A DNA stretch of 64,000 bases from Balanoglossus misakiensis (taxonomy: Eukaryota; Animalia; Hemichordata): the NCBI GenBank assembly GCA_040954595.2, contig CM082592.2, positions 11,230,017 to 11,294,016 on the forward strand. Reading direction: 5' to 3'. The position numbers were made by a program, and so were the translations under genes. Below, piece after piece: positions 42,101-54,503 of this stretch. The notes under the pieces are model-generated. The model made no database searches. It was not told the DNA's origin and worked only from the letters and a program-made list of their open reading frames with translations. The stretch's first letter is position 1. Each line of letters begins with the position of its first letter.

Positions 42101-42441
42101 TGTTAACAGTAAAAGGCCAATCAAAGGTCACTTTCCAAAGATCAGACGTTGCCAATGACGCTGTTTCTAACCGACGCCTTTGTCGCAACGCATATAACTG
42201 ACCCCCGGGAAGGGAGGGGCCGCACCCCGGGACGACTGATCCCGTCCGTCCCTGCGCTACCCGGCGTTCCGTGCATAATTCCATGAATGTATATACATAC
42301 CACAACTTCTTGCTTGAGTTGTTCGTGATTGAGACCTACTTTGATGTCGACCTCAATACCGTCTTTCCGCAGTATTTCAGCGCAGCACGGATCAATAACA
42401 TCCGTAATCAACACTCTTGTAAGCAAATTTGAATTCGGCAT
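39138..42441 (-). CDS. PHGDH: D-3-phosphoglycerate dehydrogenase-like D-2-hydroxyacid dehydrogenase (divergent); exons 42441-42301, 42016-41865, 41734-41669, 41278-41125, 41005-40873, 40759-40611, 40519-40367, 40219-40093, 39936-39833, 39660-39429, 39292-39138
   Basis: Motifs [41 protein letters not shown], Rossmann [30 protein letters not shown] and [12 protein letters not shown], plus a long C-terminal extension as in type I PHGDH. May be a paralogue rather than the true orthologue. Confidence 0.85.
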
Positions 42442-42778
42442 GATTTCGCTTTCTTCTCACAAACAGATCCTGAATCCTTAAAGAGAGCGGAATTAGTGCA
42501 TAAAATCTTCTTGAGTTACATGACGTGTGTATATGTTGTTGACACAGACACAAAAACAAGACGCGATCAATCTCCAGTTCCAGCTTGCCGACAAGTGACC
42601 TTAAACGACCTCAACCCTTGACCCACTATTTCCAGGGGTTGCTATGTACATCACGTATACCCTGCATACGTATATCCACACTGAGCACGTGTGATGGTCA
42701 TAGGTTAGGTACACGCGTGCTGGATTTATCTTGATTCAAACACACAGTACACTAAGGTATGACTGCAGCCCAGCATCC

Positions 42779-42832
42779 GATCAATCAATCAATCAACTAA
42801 TCAATTAATCAATCAATCAAACAACCAATCAA
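42779..42832. repeat. Imperfect (ATCA)n microsatellite
   Basis: gatcaatcaatcaatcaactaatcaattaatcaatcaatcaaacaaccaatcaa. Confidence 0.85.
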
Positions 42833-43090
42833 TGCAATTATTGTAGACCTGACTATACATTGCAGCTGGCGAACTTGTATGTCTTCATTTTTTTAAAAGA
42901 TTTAGTTTCTCGTATATCCTGTTGTGTAGTTTCACTTTCAGTGCATGTGCAGCATATGATGAGATACACCCACTGACCCAGGCCTGAGATACACCCGACC
43001 CACGGGCCCGGGACTCAGGTGGCGCACTTCCCTGGTTGTGCGCGCATGCAAATTCCTTGAGGACGCAATCCTATGACGTCATATTCAAAC

Positions 43091-43626
43091 ATGGCTGCTT
43101 CCTGTGTCGTCTGCTGTGCCAACTGGTTTCGGTTGCCGTTTTTGTTATTTATCACCTGCAAAACACCCCGCAAGACAGCAAGAAACATGCATAATGCTCC
43201 GGTTTGTATGTAGGAACGCCCGTGGATACGCAGCTACCAAGGAGAAACAGAGCATAGAGGAATTTAGTCAGCCCATGCCCAGGACCACGACTCGTCGACT
43301 GCATACATGCTTTCCCAACTTCACGGTAAAAATCCTGGAATAACGCTAGTGGCTAAAGGTATCGAAGAAAGTTCGCCTAAATTACTATTCTCGGGTATGT
43401 TCTAGACATTTGGAAGGAGGATGTGGGAATGCTGGGACTTGTAGTCACCCGACTGTCGCGACAACATTTGCCTATTATGTAAACAGCTACCAGAACTTCA
43501 GTCAGCTGTACGTTGTGTACTATGCAAGGAACATATGCAAATGACTTTGTGCGTCCATTGCCCAACGTGGATCAAAGCGACCATGCCGCGTGAGCAGGAG
43601 AACAGACTGACTATGTGTACCACAAG
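43091..43626 (+). pseudogene. Degenerate THAP zinc-finger-like coding relic downstream of a promoter-like segment
   Basis: One frame reads LHTCFPNFTVKILE*R*WLKVSKKVRLNYYSRVCSRHLEGG..CSHPTV, giving the THAP order FP..W..RVCSxH..PT with two stop codons. An upstream ATG in another frame gives MAASCVVCCAN. Confidence 0.45.
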
Positions 43627-45304
43627 GTAAGTTAACTTTCGGCATATGTTCTTTTATAACACAAACTTAGTGTATATTGTGAAACTGAAAAGTATTAATT
43701 GCGACTTGCTGGTGTAACAGATGCTGACCACTAGAATACTGAAGGTAGGTACCACAGGCACAGGACTGTTCATGTTAGTTTGAATTTAGAACTCTCTCAA
43801 CTGTATTCCCAGGCCATGCATCTTAAATGTAAGCTGTTGTTCTTCCATGAGTTTGAGTTTTACCCCGCTGTCACATTCACATTTGGTACAGCTTTCAATG
43901 TTTGGGATTTTCATCTTGACCATCTATTGTAATTGAACGAGTTTGTTTACTGGCCATCCAAAGTTGATAGCACTGCTGGTGGACTCATAACTCAACTGCA
44001 GTAACACAAAATATAACAATCACACAAGGTTTTCTATCTCCGTAGTATTTTATTTTCAGCTCCCAAATTCTCTCAAGTACAGATTCTGATTTTTATCTAC
44101 ATAATTACACACAGATTCCAACATAGACAATAATACACGACCAATATCTTGTGTAGACCATCTTTTACGGTCTAGCCAATTCATTTACAACCTCACACAA
44201 CAATAACAACAAAAACAGATGTGGGAATATCTTCATTTTTAAGGAGTTCTTGTTTGTAAGAAAACACTGTAACACAAAGTTTGTTTAAAACAATTTACAA
44301 ATGTAACAACAGACTGCAAAGTTTGATACATCAATTATTTACAGTAGCTTGTTACTGATGACCCATTTCCAAACTATAGACTAGTTGCTTAGCTATTTCA
44401 AAGTAGTGCTGAATCATTAAACCTGATTTCTTAAAATTTACCTTTAGAAAGATGATGAAAGAAAATTATCACTTGCACTAAATCCCCCAATGATTTACCC
44501 TTAAAACCCCAATTTAATCACTAATCAGAAATAATTACACAAATGTATTTCAGTCTTGTGTGATTTCATCAATGGTAAAAACAAAATGTTTTTAAGGGTC
44601 AACACTGGGGGCAGTATAGTCAGGTAGATTCTATTTTATTTTGACGATTTTTTGAGGTACTATCACACAAGAATCCCAACACTTTTATCTTTATGTAATT
44701 TTGTCCTACTGTTTGAAATATATAAAAGTTTATTTTCCTCTATCAGATTTTTTTGCACCACATGAATTATCCACGAGAAATGCTTGCATAAATTAGAAGT
44801 GAAAGACAAAGACATTATTCACAGCTGGAAAAAAGTTTAATTAAAACGTGATGGGGTGTACTTGTCCACCCAAGCAGAATTGCACTGGTGTTCAACACAC
44901 CCTATCAGATTCTAATAAACTTGCAAAAAAATCTTACATTGTGATCGTCAAAGGAACATGACATAAAACACAGAAAACAAACTCTCTGCAAACTATAAAT
45001 GTCGATTCTTAAAAAGTAAATCCTAATACGGCCATGGAAGAATGACCTTGAGTACAAGGTCAAAGGTCAAACCAGAACATTGACCTTTGACCCTGAAAGT
45101 ATTGCCTTGATAATAGAACACTCAGAATTCAGTACCCTCATATAATTATTATATCTGTGATCTGGTATTCTTAAGAAATAATTTTTTAATTTTTTTTTTG
45201 TATGTGGGGATGCTGACTTTGAAAACTCTGGAAGGGAACCAAACATCTGCTCTTGTTTCATCATGCAGCAGATTAAATTATTCTTGTGTTGGGGTACTGG
45301 GCTT

Positions 45305-48300
45305 TTACTGTTCCACCATGCCACGTACTTGGCCACTTTTCCTTTGCTGCAATAGAAAAATGAAGAATACAATCTTCAGGGGTGTAATAAGAAACTGATA
45401 AATCTAAGCCTGGTCTGTGATGGAAATACACTTTTTAGGTCTAAAGGACAATAACAACACTGAACAGCATTGGAAAATGTTCACGGTCTGTGCGATAGAT
45501 GGGACTGTTGCATTTACCTCATCTAACTCTCTTTTCGTCTTCTCTTCAATGGCCCTAATATCCTCCATGGTGAAACCATGCCATTTGTCTAGCCAGCAAA
45601 ATAGCTGACGGTGGAAGTTGGTAAAAATCCTTCTCTCAGCCTGCATAGAGATAGAAGTTTGCATTTTGTTTTGCATCTGTTATTTGTGAAGACGTGTACC
45701 TGACTACGATCAATTAGCAATCGATTATCAATACAATAACCAGTGTTATTGTTCTAGTACAGTTATCTGCAGTGTTCAACAATGAACAGGATGATCGAAT
45801 CAGCAACAAATAAGTCATGATCTTGAATTGTGTTTATTGACCAATAACATATGCATCAATGATCACATTACACCCAGATGACTGTGACCTGTGGTGTCAT
45901 GAAATAACAATCATACTCCCAGCTGGATTAATTGACTTGAAAAGAAACTATTGGAGGAACTCATGATGTCATGTAAACAGTCAAGGCATGTCTGTCTGCA
46001 AAATGGCTCTGAAAATGTTTCTGACAAATACTAAACCATTTAATACTATATTGAGGTGTATCACAAAATCATTGACAGATAATTAACATGTACATGTATA
46101 TCTGAGTACATAAATGACAAAATATACACATGTAACTCACTTCTTGATCTGAAGTAAGATTTAAGAGTGTAAACTAACAAAAAATTAAATAGAACTATAT
46201 CACACATATCAACAACAATGGTATATAGAAATGGATTGTGTTGGTGAAATGGTTGGAAAAACACAAATGCTGTAAAAAAGAGTCACAAATTCAAATCTTG
46301 TCACATAAAATCAGATTCATCAGATGTTTCATTGCTATGATTTCATTGGTACTGTGCCCACTTCAAATAATATCACCATGTAGGTTGACAAATACATTAC
46401 CCACATTTGAGACTAACGGGATCACTAGCCTCTCTAGCGGGCACCGTGTATGACCTTTGGGCCATGGGCACATTGAACATGTCCAAGGAGGTCAAAGGTT
46501 ATACATGGCACCCTCTACAGAGGCTAATGGGGGCACCAGGTCCGAAAAATGGAGGATTGTTTCCAGAGTATTGAAGGAAAGCACACATCACAGTTGGGAA
46601 TCGGTTGTAGTCGAGAACCGTGTACACATTGTGTGGATCATTGGAGAATAGACGGATGACAGCTGGGTTTTAAAATCACTGAAGAAGGGATGGATATTAC
46701 AGATGTGAAGGGTATATTTTACACCACTGATGATATGATTTATATCACCCAAAGTAATTATATTGCATGATGACTTTTCACTTTACAGTAGTATACTTCT
46801 GAGTTCACATTAGTTTGCTTGCTGATGAAATTAATTTCTTGCTGTGCATTATGCGAACTACATGCATGCGGTAAACTTTAAACTATGACATGCAATAACC
46901 TCTGACCCAGGCATTAGTAAATGTTGGGGGAAATAGGTCATGTTACATTACATGGTATGGACAAAGTCACCAGAAATAACAAGTGATGAAACTGGCTATC
47001 TGAATATTAGTTAATATTATAAAAAGCACCATTATGCTAAAAGGTGTATCCATGGCAACTAGGGGTAACAATGAAACAAGTGTACCAAACAAAACTTCCA
47101 ACCCCCGCGTGTGCATACTGAAAACAACTAAAAATACACACAAACCCAAGCAAACATTATCTGTATTTGGAAACAAAAAAAACACAAACGTAATCAACTG
47201 ACATGCAGTGGGAAGGCTAAGCATTCTGGCAGGGAATTGGAATTTTCTTTTACAGCTGCAATAATTTTGATGTGGGCACAATACACAGAAAACATAGCAA
47301 ATGATGACACTTTTTGCAATAATAATGTGACAACTACCTTTAGTATAACAGATTCCACTTTGGTTTGAAGTCCCCACCATTTGAATTCACAAGTGACCAG
47401 TTTGTAAGCACACATGTGTGGTTCAACGGTTCGCTAAAAATTCCAGGGGAGAAAACAAAAAACAACCAAACACAAACACAAAAAAAAAGAAAAAGAAAGA
47501 GAAGCATGTGTAAATGTGTGATGTTCAATGATGTAAAGTGGAAAAGTTTGAAAATACCTTCATGATAAAACTTTCCACTCTGTTCTGCAGTCCCCTCCAT
47601 TTGAACAAGACGGTCACCAATTTGTAGGCGCACATATGGGGCTCACAGTTCTTCTACAGTTGATTGACACATGAATTCAAAAAAGTCAGCAGGTAGGAAT
47701 GAGAAAGTCACACATAAGGTTGGACCTCTAAAGAGGGAACTGGGGGTGAAAGGGTTAAAGACCAGGGATTTCATACTAAGGAATCAAGCCATCGTATAAG
47801 TTTCATGTTGTTCAGCATGATTGTAGCAATGCTCTGTATGTTGATTGAAAGATTAACCATAACACCAAATGGTTGATGAGGAACTTTTTCATTCAGGCCG
47901 ACATAGTACATAGTGCACTTTGATCTCTTACCTCTGACCTCAACTAACTTACCGTCCAATCAGCTGTTACAAGTGGACCCCGACCAGTCTTTTCTGATTT
48001 GAACTTTTTCGGATCTTGGTCTTCTTTGTAATCCTAGTAAAGAAACATCAAAAAGTCAAAATAACAGATTATGATATCACCCCTTCCACTACAGATGTAG
48101 TCTGTGCCGAGCAAAGAATGTAAGAAGTGTGGTTTCATTGTGACATTGTTGTGAGTCACAGCGAATCGGTAACACTTCTTTCGTGGGATTGATCTGGCAT
48201 ACATCCTCCTACACCTGCAGAGAAGGTAAAACTCTGCAGAGTATTCCTCATCAGTATGCTCACATTATCAAATATCAGATAGAAAATCCACGACCACGTC

Positions 48301-51300
48301 CGGGTATTGAACCCACAACCTTCCGATTGTGAGTCTGGTACCCTGACCACTAGGCCACGATGCCTCCTCAGATATGACAACCCCTTTTCTTAAAAGAATC
48401 TTTTGTTCCCATGCTTTCTCATTGTCACCCTGTCTATCACTCCCCCCTGCTACATTACCCTGTAAGTTGCTGGTATCAGTATCTCACCTTACTACTAACA
48501 GGGTCATTTGCAATGTCAATTCTGACAACTTCTCTCTTGGCTAGTTTATCTGCCTGAAGATTGTGTACCTGAAAGAAATGAAAGCATACTCTCATCATGA
48601 TTATCCCTGTCATTACTTCAAACAATAAACATCCCCCTCCCTAGGTCAGAATGTAGCAAGGCTTCTATAAATGTGACAAGATCTCAATGTAGCACTTGTG
48701 TCTTTTCAGTAAGGACACTACACATCCATACCAAATCACAGACAGAAGTGCCAGGAATCATTTCATCTAGCATAACATATTTTCCCCCCTGATATGATAC
48801 TGAGGTCATCTTACCAGGGTCTACTAAATATGCATAAAATAACGCCAGATCTAATCGTAAAGGAAAAACTTACTCTGAACTACTTACATTGTCGATTTCA
48901 CCCCTGTCTGGTTTGTGCCATGTTTCAATGATGATATAAAAATTCTCTTTCATGTAGTCAGGATTCTGAAGAGAGATGATGGAGCTATTAGGTGTCACAA
49001 AATTCCATTGTTCACGATAATGTGACAGCAAGTTTAGCTGAATTAATTCTCTAGGACTTTTCCAGGGCACATAAACCGAGCAACTAATAAATGAAAACAG
49101 AAGATAGTTAAGTACTTACAGATATAACAGTTTTACAATAAGGATAGGCATTCCAAGCCTTTTCATGGATTTCCAATGATCCTTTGGGTGCTAAGAGACG
49201 AATAAAAGCTGGTACCTTACTGCAAGAAGAAGAGAGAGAAATGTGAGATGTACATTTTTGAATTTCATCATGTATTATTAAACAAAAATATATTGATTTA
49301 TGATGAAAGAAAACATCCATTCTTTGGAATTGGCGTGTTGATTGCTGGCCTGATAATACATGAACATTTGCCAGGTCAATACTCATGAGGTTATATCTGA
49401 AATATTTTAACCAGATTTTGATAATCTATCTTATCATTAGTGCAACCACATGCCTGGTTGTGTATGAGTTTGTATACATTGTACTTTCATACAGCCAGCA
49501 TGTGATCACCGGTTGGGGCGATGACCTATGGTACAAACAATTGGACAACACCCACTCAAACAACTCCCCCTTTTCCCAATCACATTTGCAAACATGAATT
49601 TATTCAAACATGCACATGAACTAAACTGACGCGACACTGAATTTAGTTTCCACCAACAGCAAATAAAGATTTTCAAAAACAATGGTCAAAATAATAAAAT
49701 CATATGAATATATCTGAATATCCTTTTTGTTCTGGTCCAGTATGCCTATATTCAAGTGAACCTCATGTTGGGGCAACATTAGGGGTTCAGAAACTAACCC
49801 ACCCACACTTCATTGTATTTTATTGAATTGGTTTGTTAAACAAATCAAGATGAAAGGTCCCTATACAGCTAAGCAAGGACAGTCTTCTTTCAGGAAGACT
49901 TTGCTTTGGGTGTTCTAACTTGCCCAATGGTGCAACAATGAAATGGTTTCTTCAATGGCAAACCTGTAGAAAATGTGTGTAGCATGTACAATAGGACCCA
50001 TCCCATAATATTCTGTCACCAAGGGAATGCCCTGTAGAAGAAGGAACTTGACACTGAACCGGTTTCTGTGAGCTTACAGAGCAAATTACATATCGATGAT
50101 GTAACATTAGGCAGGCATGTTAAATGTAAATGGAACAAATACTGTACAAAAAATCAATAAACCATTGCATCTACTCCACCATGATTAATTTCAAGGCCAT
50201 TTTTTTATGATGATCATAACATATGACATCCACATCAAATGGCATGTATTACAAAATTTCCTTTGGAATAAATGCCATCACCATGCATCATTATCTTATC
50301 ACTTTGGGTTTGAGAGTAAACTTGGCTTTGACTGACCTGATAACTTTGATATTAACCAATCCAGTTTTTTTCTGTAGTTTAAAATGATGAATAGACTTGC
50401 CCTGGTGCTCACTCAATGGCAAGAGTACAAATGGTTGAATTGTAAAGTCCACGGGAATTAACATTTTTCAGTTGAATACATGGATGTGTGTTATTGCTAT
50501 TTGTGGCTTTATAGTGAAGTGGTTGACATTTGAATGGAGTATAGATAATCTGTAAAGTAGATTACATTTATAGACATTTGCAAGAGCTTAGAGAAAAGCA
50601 TTCTAAAATATATCTTGAAATTGAAATGGTTATATTTGGTTGTAAAAACTGTAACCTATTTGTGGAATTTATTTTGACAAAGAAGACCTGCATCACATAT
50701 TGATTTTACATAAGTTGGTTGTAGAGATTGCATTGAAACAGTAAGAGTACTGTGATTTAATTACCATGAAAATTAAGTAATCTCTGGATGTATAAGTCCA
50801 TCGATTGTGACACGTTGTATCTATTCATCGGAGTCAGAAACATGCACCTAGGAGTGATCCTTTCAATCAAGAGTCCAAAAAAACACTGATAAACAGTGCA
50901 AAGGTTCTTCCCATCCCTGTCTCTTTGAGGTTCAAAGTGCAATCCCTTTTTGTCTTGTCCGCACGCACATTCCCGCGTCTCTGTGATGACTTGATCCTAG
51001 CTGTCAGTCTTTTATGTTACTACAAACTACAAAAGCTTGGGTGGACTACGTCAGCTTTTGAGAGGTCAAGTTATCTTGTCAGGATAAATTAAACAGGGCA
51101 GATTTGGACAAAGCAATTCAATGGAAATTTGAGCACATTTAATAGTGCAATATACATGTAATTACATCAGACCCAGTAAAAGACACTTGAAATATCCTAG
51201 TAACATATTTCACATTATATGGGAAAATGTGCTGAATATTTCTAAATTCTGTCGCACAAAGTGACCAGTCTAGCAAAACTATAATTGTATATTCTGTATT

Positions 51301-54300
51301 CATAAAGGATAAAGCTGAACAGCTTGTGAAAACCCAATGCAATCAGCTTTGATGGGGTGGTTTATTGTCGCTACATATAAAGGTCTGTCTACAATTTTTT
51401 CAAGTATAACAGCTTATTTCCTAATTGTTAGTTTCAGGGACCTTCTAGTGTGGAAAATATGTATAGCCTCTGTCAACATCAAAATAGAAATTTCCTGTTG
51501 CAGTGGCAGAACCTAACAGGCTAGTTTTTACCGCGGATGAATTGGTATGTCAGGTTGTATGGTTAATAGATGAGTGGGCCCTTTTAGATTATTTCCTCGG
51601 GCTCCATTTAACTTTGTAACCACCTGTTACATGACAAACCCTGGGAAAAATTCTGAGACAGACAAATGAAACAGTGGTCATTGACATTCTTTTGATGACA
51701 TGGACATTCACAGACAAATCTGTGAATATATTAATTTCTGCCAGAGCTGCATGGACAGGACTTCTGTCTGTGTCAAAGAATTCTGAGCACCTTTGGAACT
51801 CGTGCCAAATCATGAGTGCAAATCTCAAATATAACCCCTGACAAGACTGATTCAAAGTAAATTTACCAGTGAGTTAGTGTATTGTCACATATTTACTGAA
51901 ATTACAAATGTTCTGTCATTTATTGAATCTCGACTGATCAATCTGTACAGGGTTCAAAGGTTAATCTGACTGTTCTTACAGATGACCTCTGAACTCACCA
52001 CTGCTGCCATGGCAACACACTTAGCTGGTGTTTGTGCAAAATGAAACGACAGAAATATATGGTTTTCACTGTGTAGGTGTGACAGAACTTGTAAGTTGTT
52101 GCTTCGCATCATAGGAAACATATCAACTCATGAAATCAACAGTGAAAGTTACAATTTCAGTGTAATCAATAAATTAAACGTTTTGAAATCATGATGTACT
52201 TACCTAGCCAAATGGTAGATTTTGTGTGTATACTGTCCCTTGCCAAATTCTTCATTTTCAAATGGTTCATTAACAATTACTTCTATACCCTCACCACCAC
52301 CGGTCTCATTTTTACTAGCCTCGGCAACCGACCAAAGCTGTCCTACTTGGTACTGTAAAATAGAAAAAAAAGAACAAGACCACATAATCAGAGTATGACA
52401 GCAGTGTAGCTGCTTTTGGTAGCTGCTTTTCACAGACATTGTACAATATTTAGGTCGAATAGCAGAAGACTTCACACATTTATGTGGAGTGTCAGCTCAC
52501 AATGATGGCCTCCTGAAATCAGTTTTAATACCCAATTTATGAATCCTTGAAGCATTTAACATTCCACAGTTCACGATAGATAGGCCTCCACAGTTCATGT
52601 GAGATAGGCCATGCAGTCAATGAGCGAATGACCATTACAAAGTGGGGATTCAAATCCTGGGCAGATTGCGCTTTCACTGCATATACCAGCAACAATAAAT
52701 TGCAGGTCACACACTAAAGAGACCTGAAAAACCCTCTGGTTGTCAAAGCTGTTTTAGCCAAACCAGATGTCACACTCTACCCACGCACTCACATATTTAT
52801 CTACAATGACCATCCCAATTGTCAACTTGTATACCATTTTCGCAATTCAGTTCACAAAGCAACTACATGTACGAGTAACATTCTATGGGCAATCTGCATA
52901 ACTGTTACCGGTAGTTGGCATGTTCAAGGAGAAATTATGTAACAGAATTATATCAATCAATTACACAGGGAAATAATTGAAATATGGAAAAAGCTGCCCA
53001 CATAAAAATTGTATTAGTTTTAAATTAGCATAGTTAACTAAAACACAAAAAATTTGTCAATTTCAACATTTAAATTTCTCTTTTCCAAGAACCATTTATA
53101 CTGTACAAAAGGTTTAAATGGCAATGTTAACACACTAAGGTTTTCATTCACACATTAATGATTTGATGGACAAAACCCATCTGAACTGGAGAAGACACTG
53201 TGGTGCTTCTTCCTATTGTTGCATAATTCATTGGTTCATTGTGAGCTCACTTAGTGCACTTGTAGTATATTTAAACTCTTCCCTATCTTCACTGTGTTTA
53301 GAAGTGATTACACAATGATGTGATAATCACTGAACTTCGACCTCTGAACTCTCCATGATGAAGATCATCATGTATAATTTTATTTTTAAAATCAAATTGT
53401 TCAGACACTTTTTAAAAGTAGTCAGAATGGCCTCTCCAAGGTCAGAGTATATATTGGCAAAAATGAGAGACGGGAATGACTCAAGGTCGGGAGAGTAGGT
53501 CATGTCACAGCAGTTGAATGACAATTACAGACTTCACTCAATTTCCCGAATAACTTGCATCTACAATGTACATGACAACTTTGAATTCCAGCTCACCACA
53601 AACCATTATTTACTTTTTGGATATCAAATCAATTATGTAATTCTGCAAATTGTGGATTTATCAAGTTTGGTCAAATTGGTGTGTAAATTATGCAAACTGT
53701 AATGCATTACCATGACCACGCATCCGCCTGTAAATAATGCAAAGATGGCAGAGTTTTGTTTCACCTGGTACATGATGGTACACTTGATGTATAGTGCAGA
53801 ACACTGTACACAGTATGAGTGTTTCCCCCAAGTGTCTCAATACTCTATGTTGATAGGTCGCCTGCTGCCCTACACCTGCTGTGGATTGTGAAAACCAGCC
53901 GGACGTTTTACAATAGTCCAGCTGTATTTTTTCACATTGTATCATCGTGGCATCACCCCCAGACACCTTTTGCTACCGCACCAGGTGTCTTGGAGATAAC
54001 ATATAGGTGTCGGCGAAATTCGTGGGTTTGTTTCTATTTTACGAGAAGCCACACAACATAGAGCAACGGCACTGAATATTTTAGTGGGTGGACAGGACCG
54101 ATAATGAAATGAACACGTCGCGATGTCGGAAGCATCGCTCGACATTGGGAGGTGTTCCGAGTAGAAACTTCCGGTCATAAGACATTCTCGATGACGTAAG
54201 TTGTAATAAAATCAACGTTACTCACCTCTTCTACCGTGATAGGTAAAACGACGCGACTTGATTGGCGATGAGAAGCAGGAAACAGTTGTGGAGATAAGCA

Positions 54301-54503
54301 AAATGAAATGGAACAAAGTTAGATGAGCGTCGTCCAAACATATTGGTCAATAATCATATGTCTACCAGAAATCAACACAACATGGAGACGTTACAAATAG
54401 ATGAATATGTACGGAATCTTAAACTGATCATAAATACGCAAAGAAATGGACAGATTTTGAATAACTTCAGAGTAAATGCGACTTACAACTCCTTGATCAA
54501 CAT
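45305..54503 (-). CDS. PITPNA: Class I phosphatidylinositol transfer protein (PITPNA/PITPNB ancestor-type); exons 54503-54487, 54256-54226, 52352-52204, 49219-49120, 48965-48888, 48568-48488, 48033-47953, [47653-47558 OR 47433-47338], 45640-45518, 45346-45305
   Basis: Translation [128 protein letters not shown]. Confidence 0.94.
47338..47433 (-). CDS. PITP alternative exon 8b
   Basis: 96 nt, phase 0-0, flanked by tag and gtagtt. Encodes [32 protein letters not shown]. Confidence 0.88.
47558..47653 (-). CDS. PITP alternative exon 8a
   Basis: 96 nt, phase 0-0, flanked by tag and gtattt. Encodes [32 protein letters not shown]. Confidence 0.85.
47717..47758. mobile_element. MITE family A fragment
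   Basis: aggttggacctctaaagagggaactgggggtgaaagggttaa is the reverse complement of the left arm of 2716-2756 and ends in TTAA. Confidence 0.6.
48291..48364 (-). mobile_element. tRNA-derived SINE head or tRNA pseudogene (Val-CAC-like anticodon loop)
   Basis: Minus strand reads ggcatcgTGGCCTAGTGGtcagggtaccagaCTCACAAtcggaaggttgtgGGTTCAATACCcggacgtggtcg: A box, anticodon-like arm and B box. The acceptor stem pairs poorly, so it is unlikely to be a functional tRNA. Confidence 0.65.
48686..48835 (-). repeat. 150-bp interspersed repeat, copy 2 (PITP intron)
   Basis: Reverse complement of 32416-32565. Confidence 0.9.

Noticed and set aside
48156-48225. Possible extra PITP terminal or poison exon after the acceptor-like ttctctgcag
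   Set aside because: No similarity to PITP. It directly follows the tRNA-derived SINE head and is probably SINE body.
48291-48364. Functional tRNA-Val gene
   Set aside because: The acceptor and T stems pair poorly, so a SINE or pseudogene fits better.
53688-54178. Cys-rich minus-strand ORFs in PITP intron 2 with vague THAP-like fragments (CCVA, HRVLRHL)
   Set aside because: The fragments lie in different frames and lack the CxxHF core, so the evidence is too weak.
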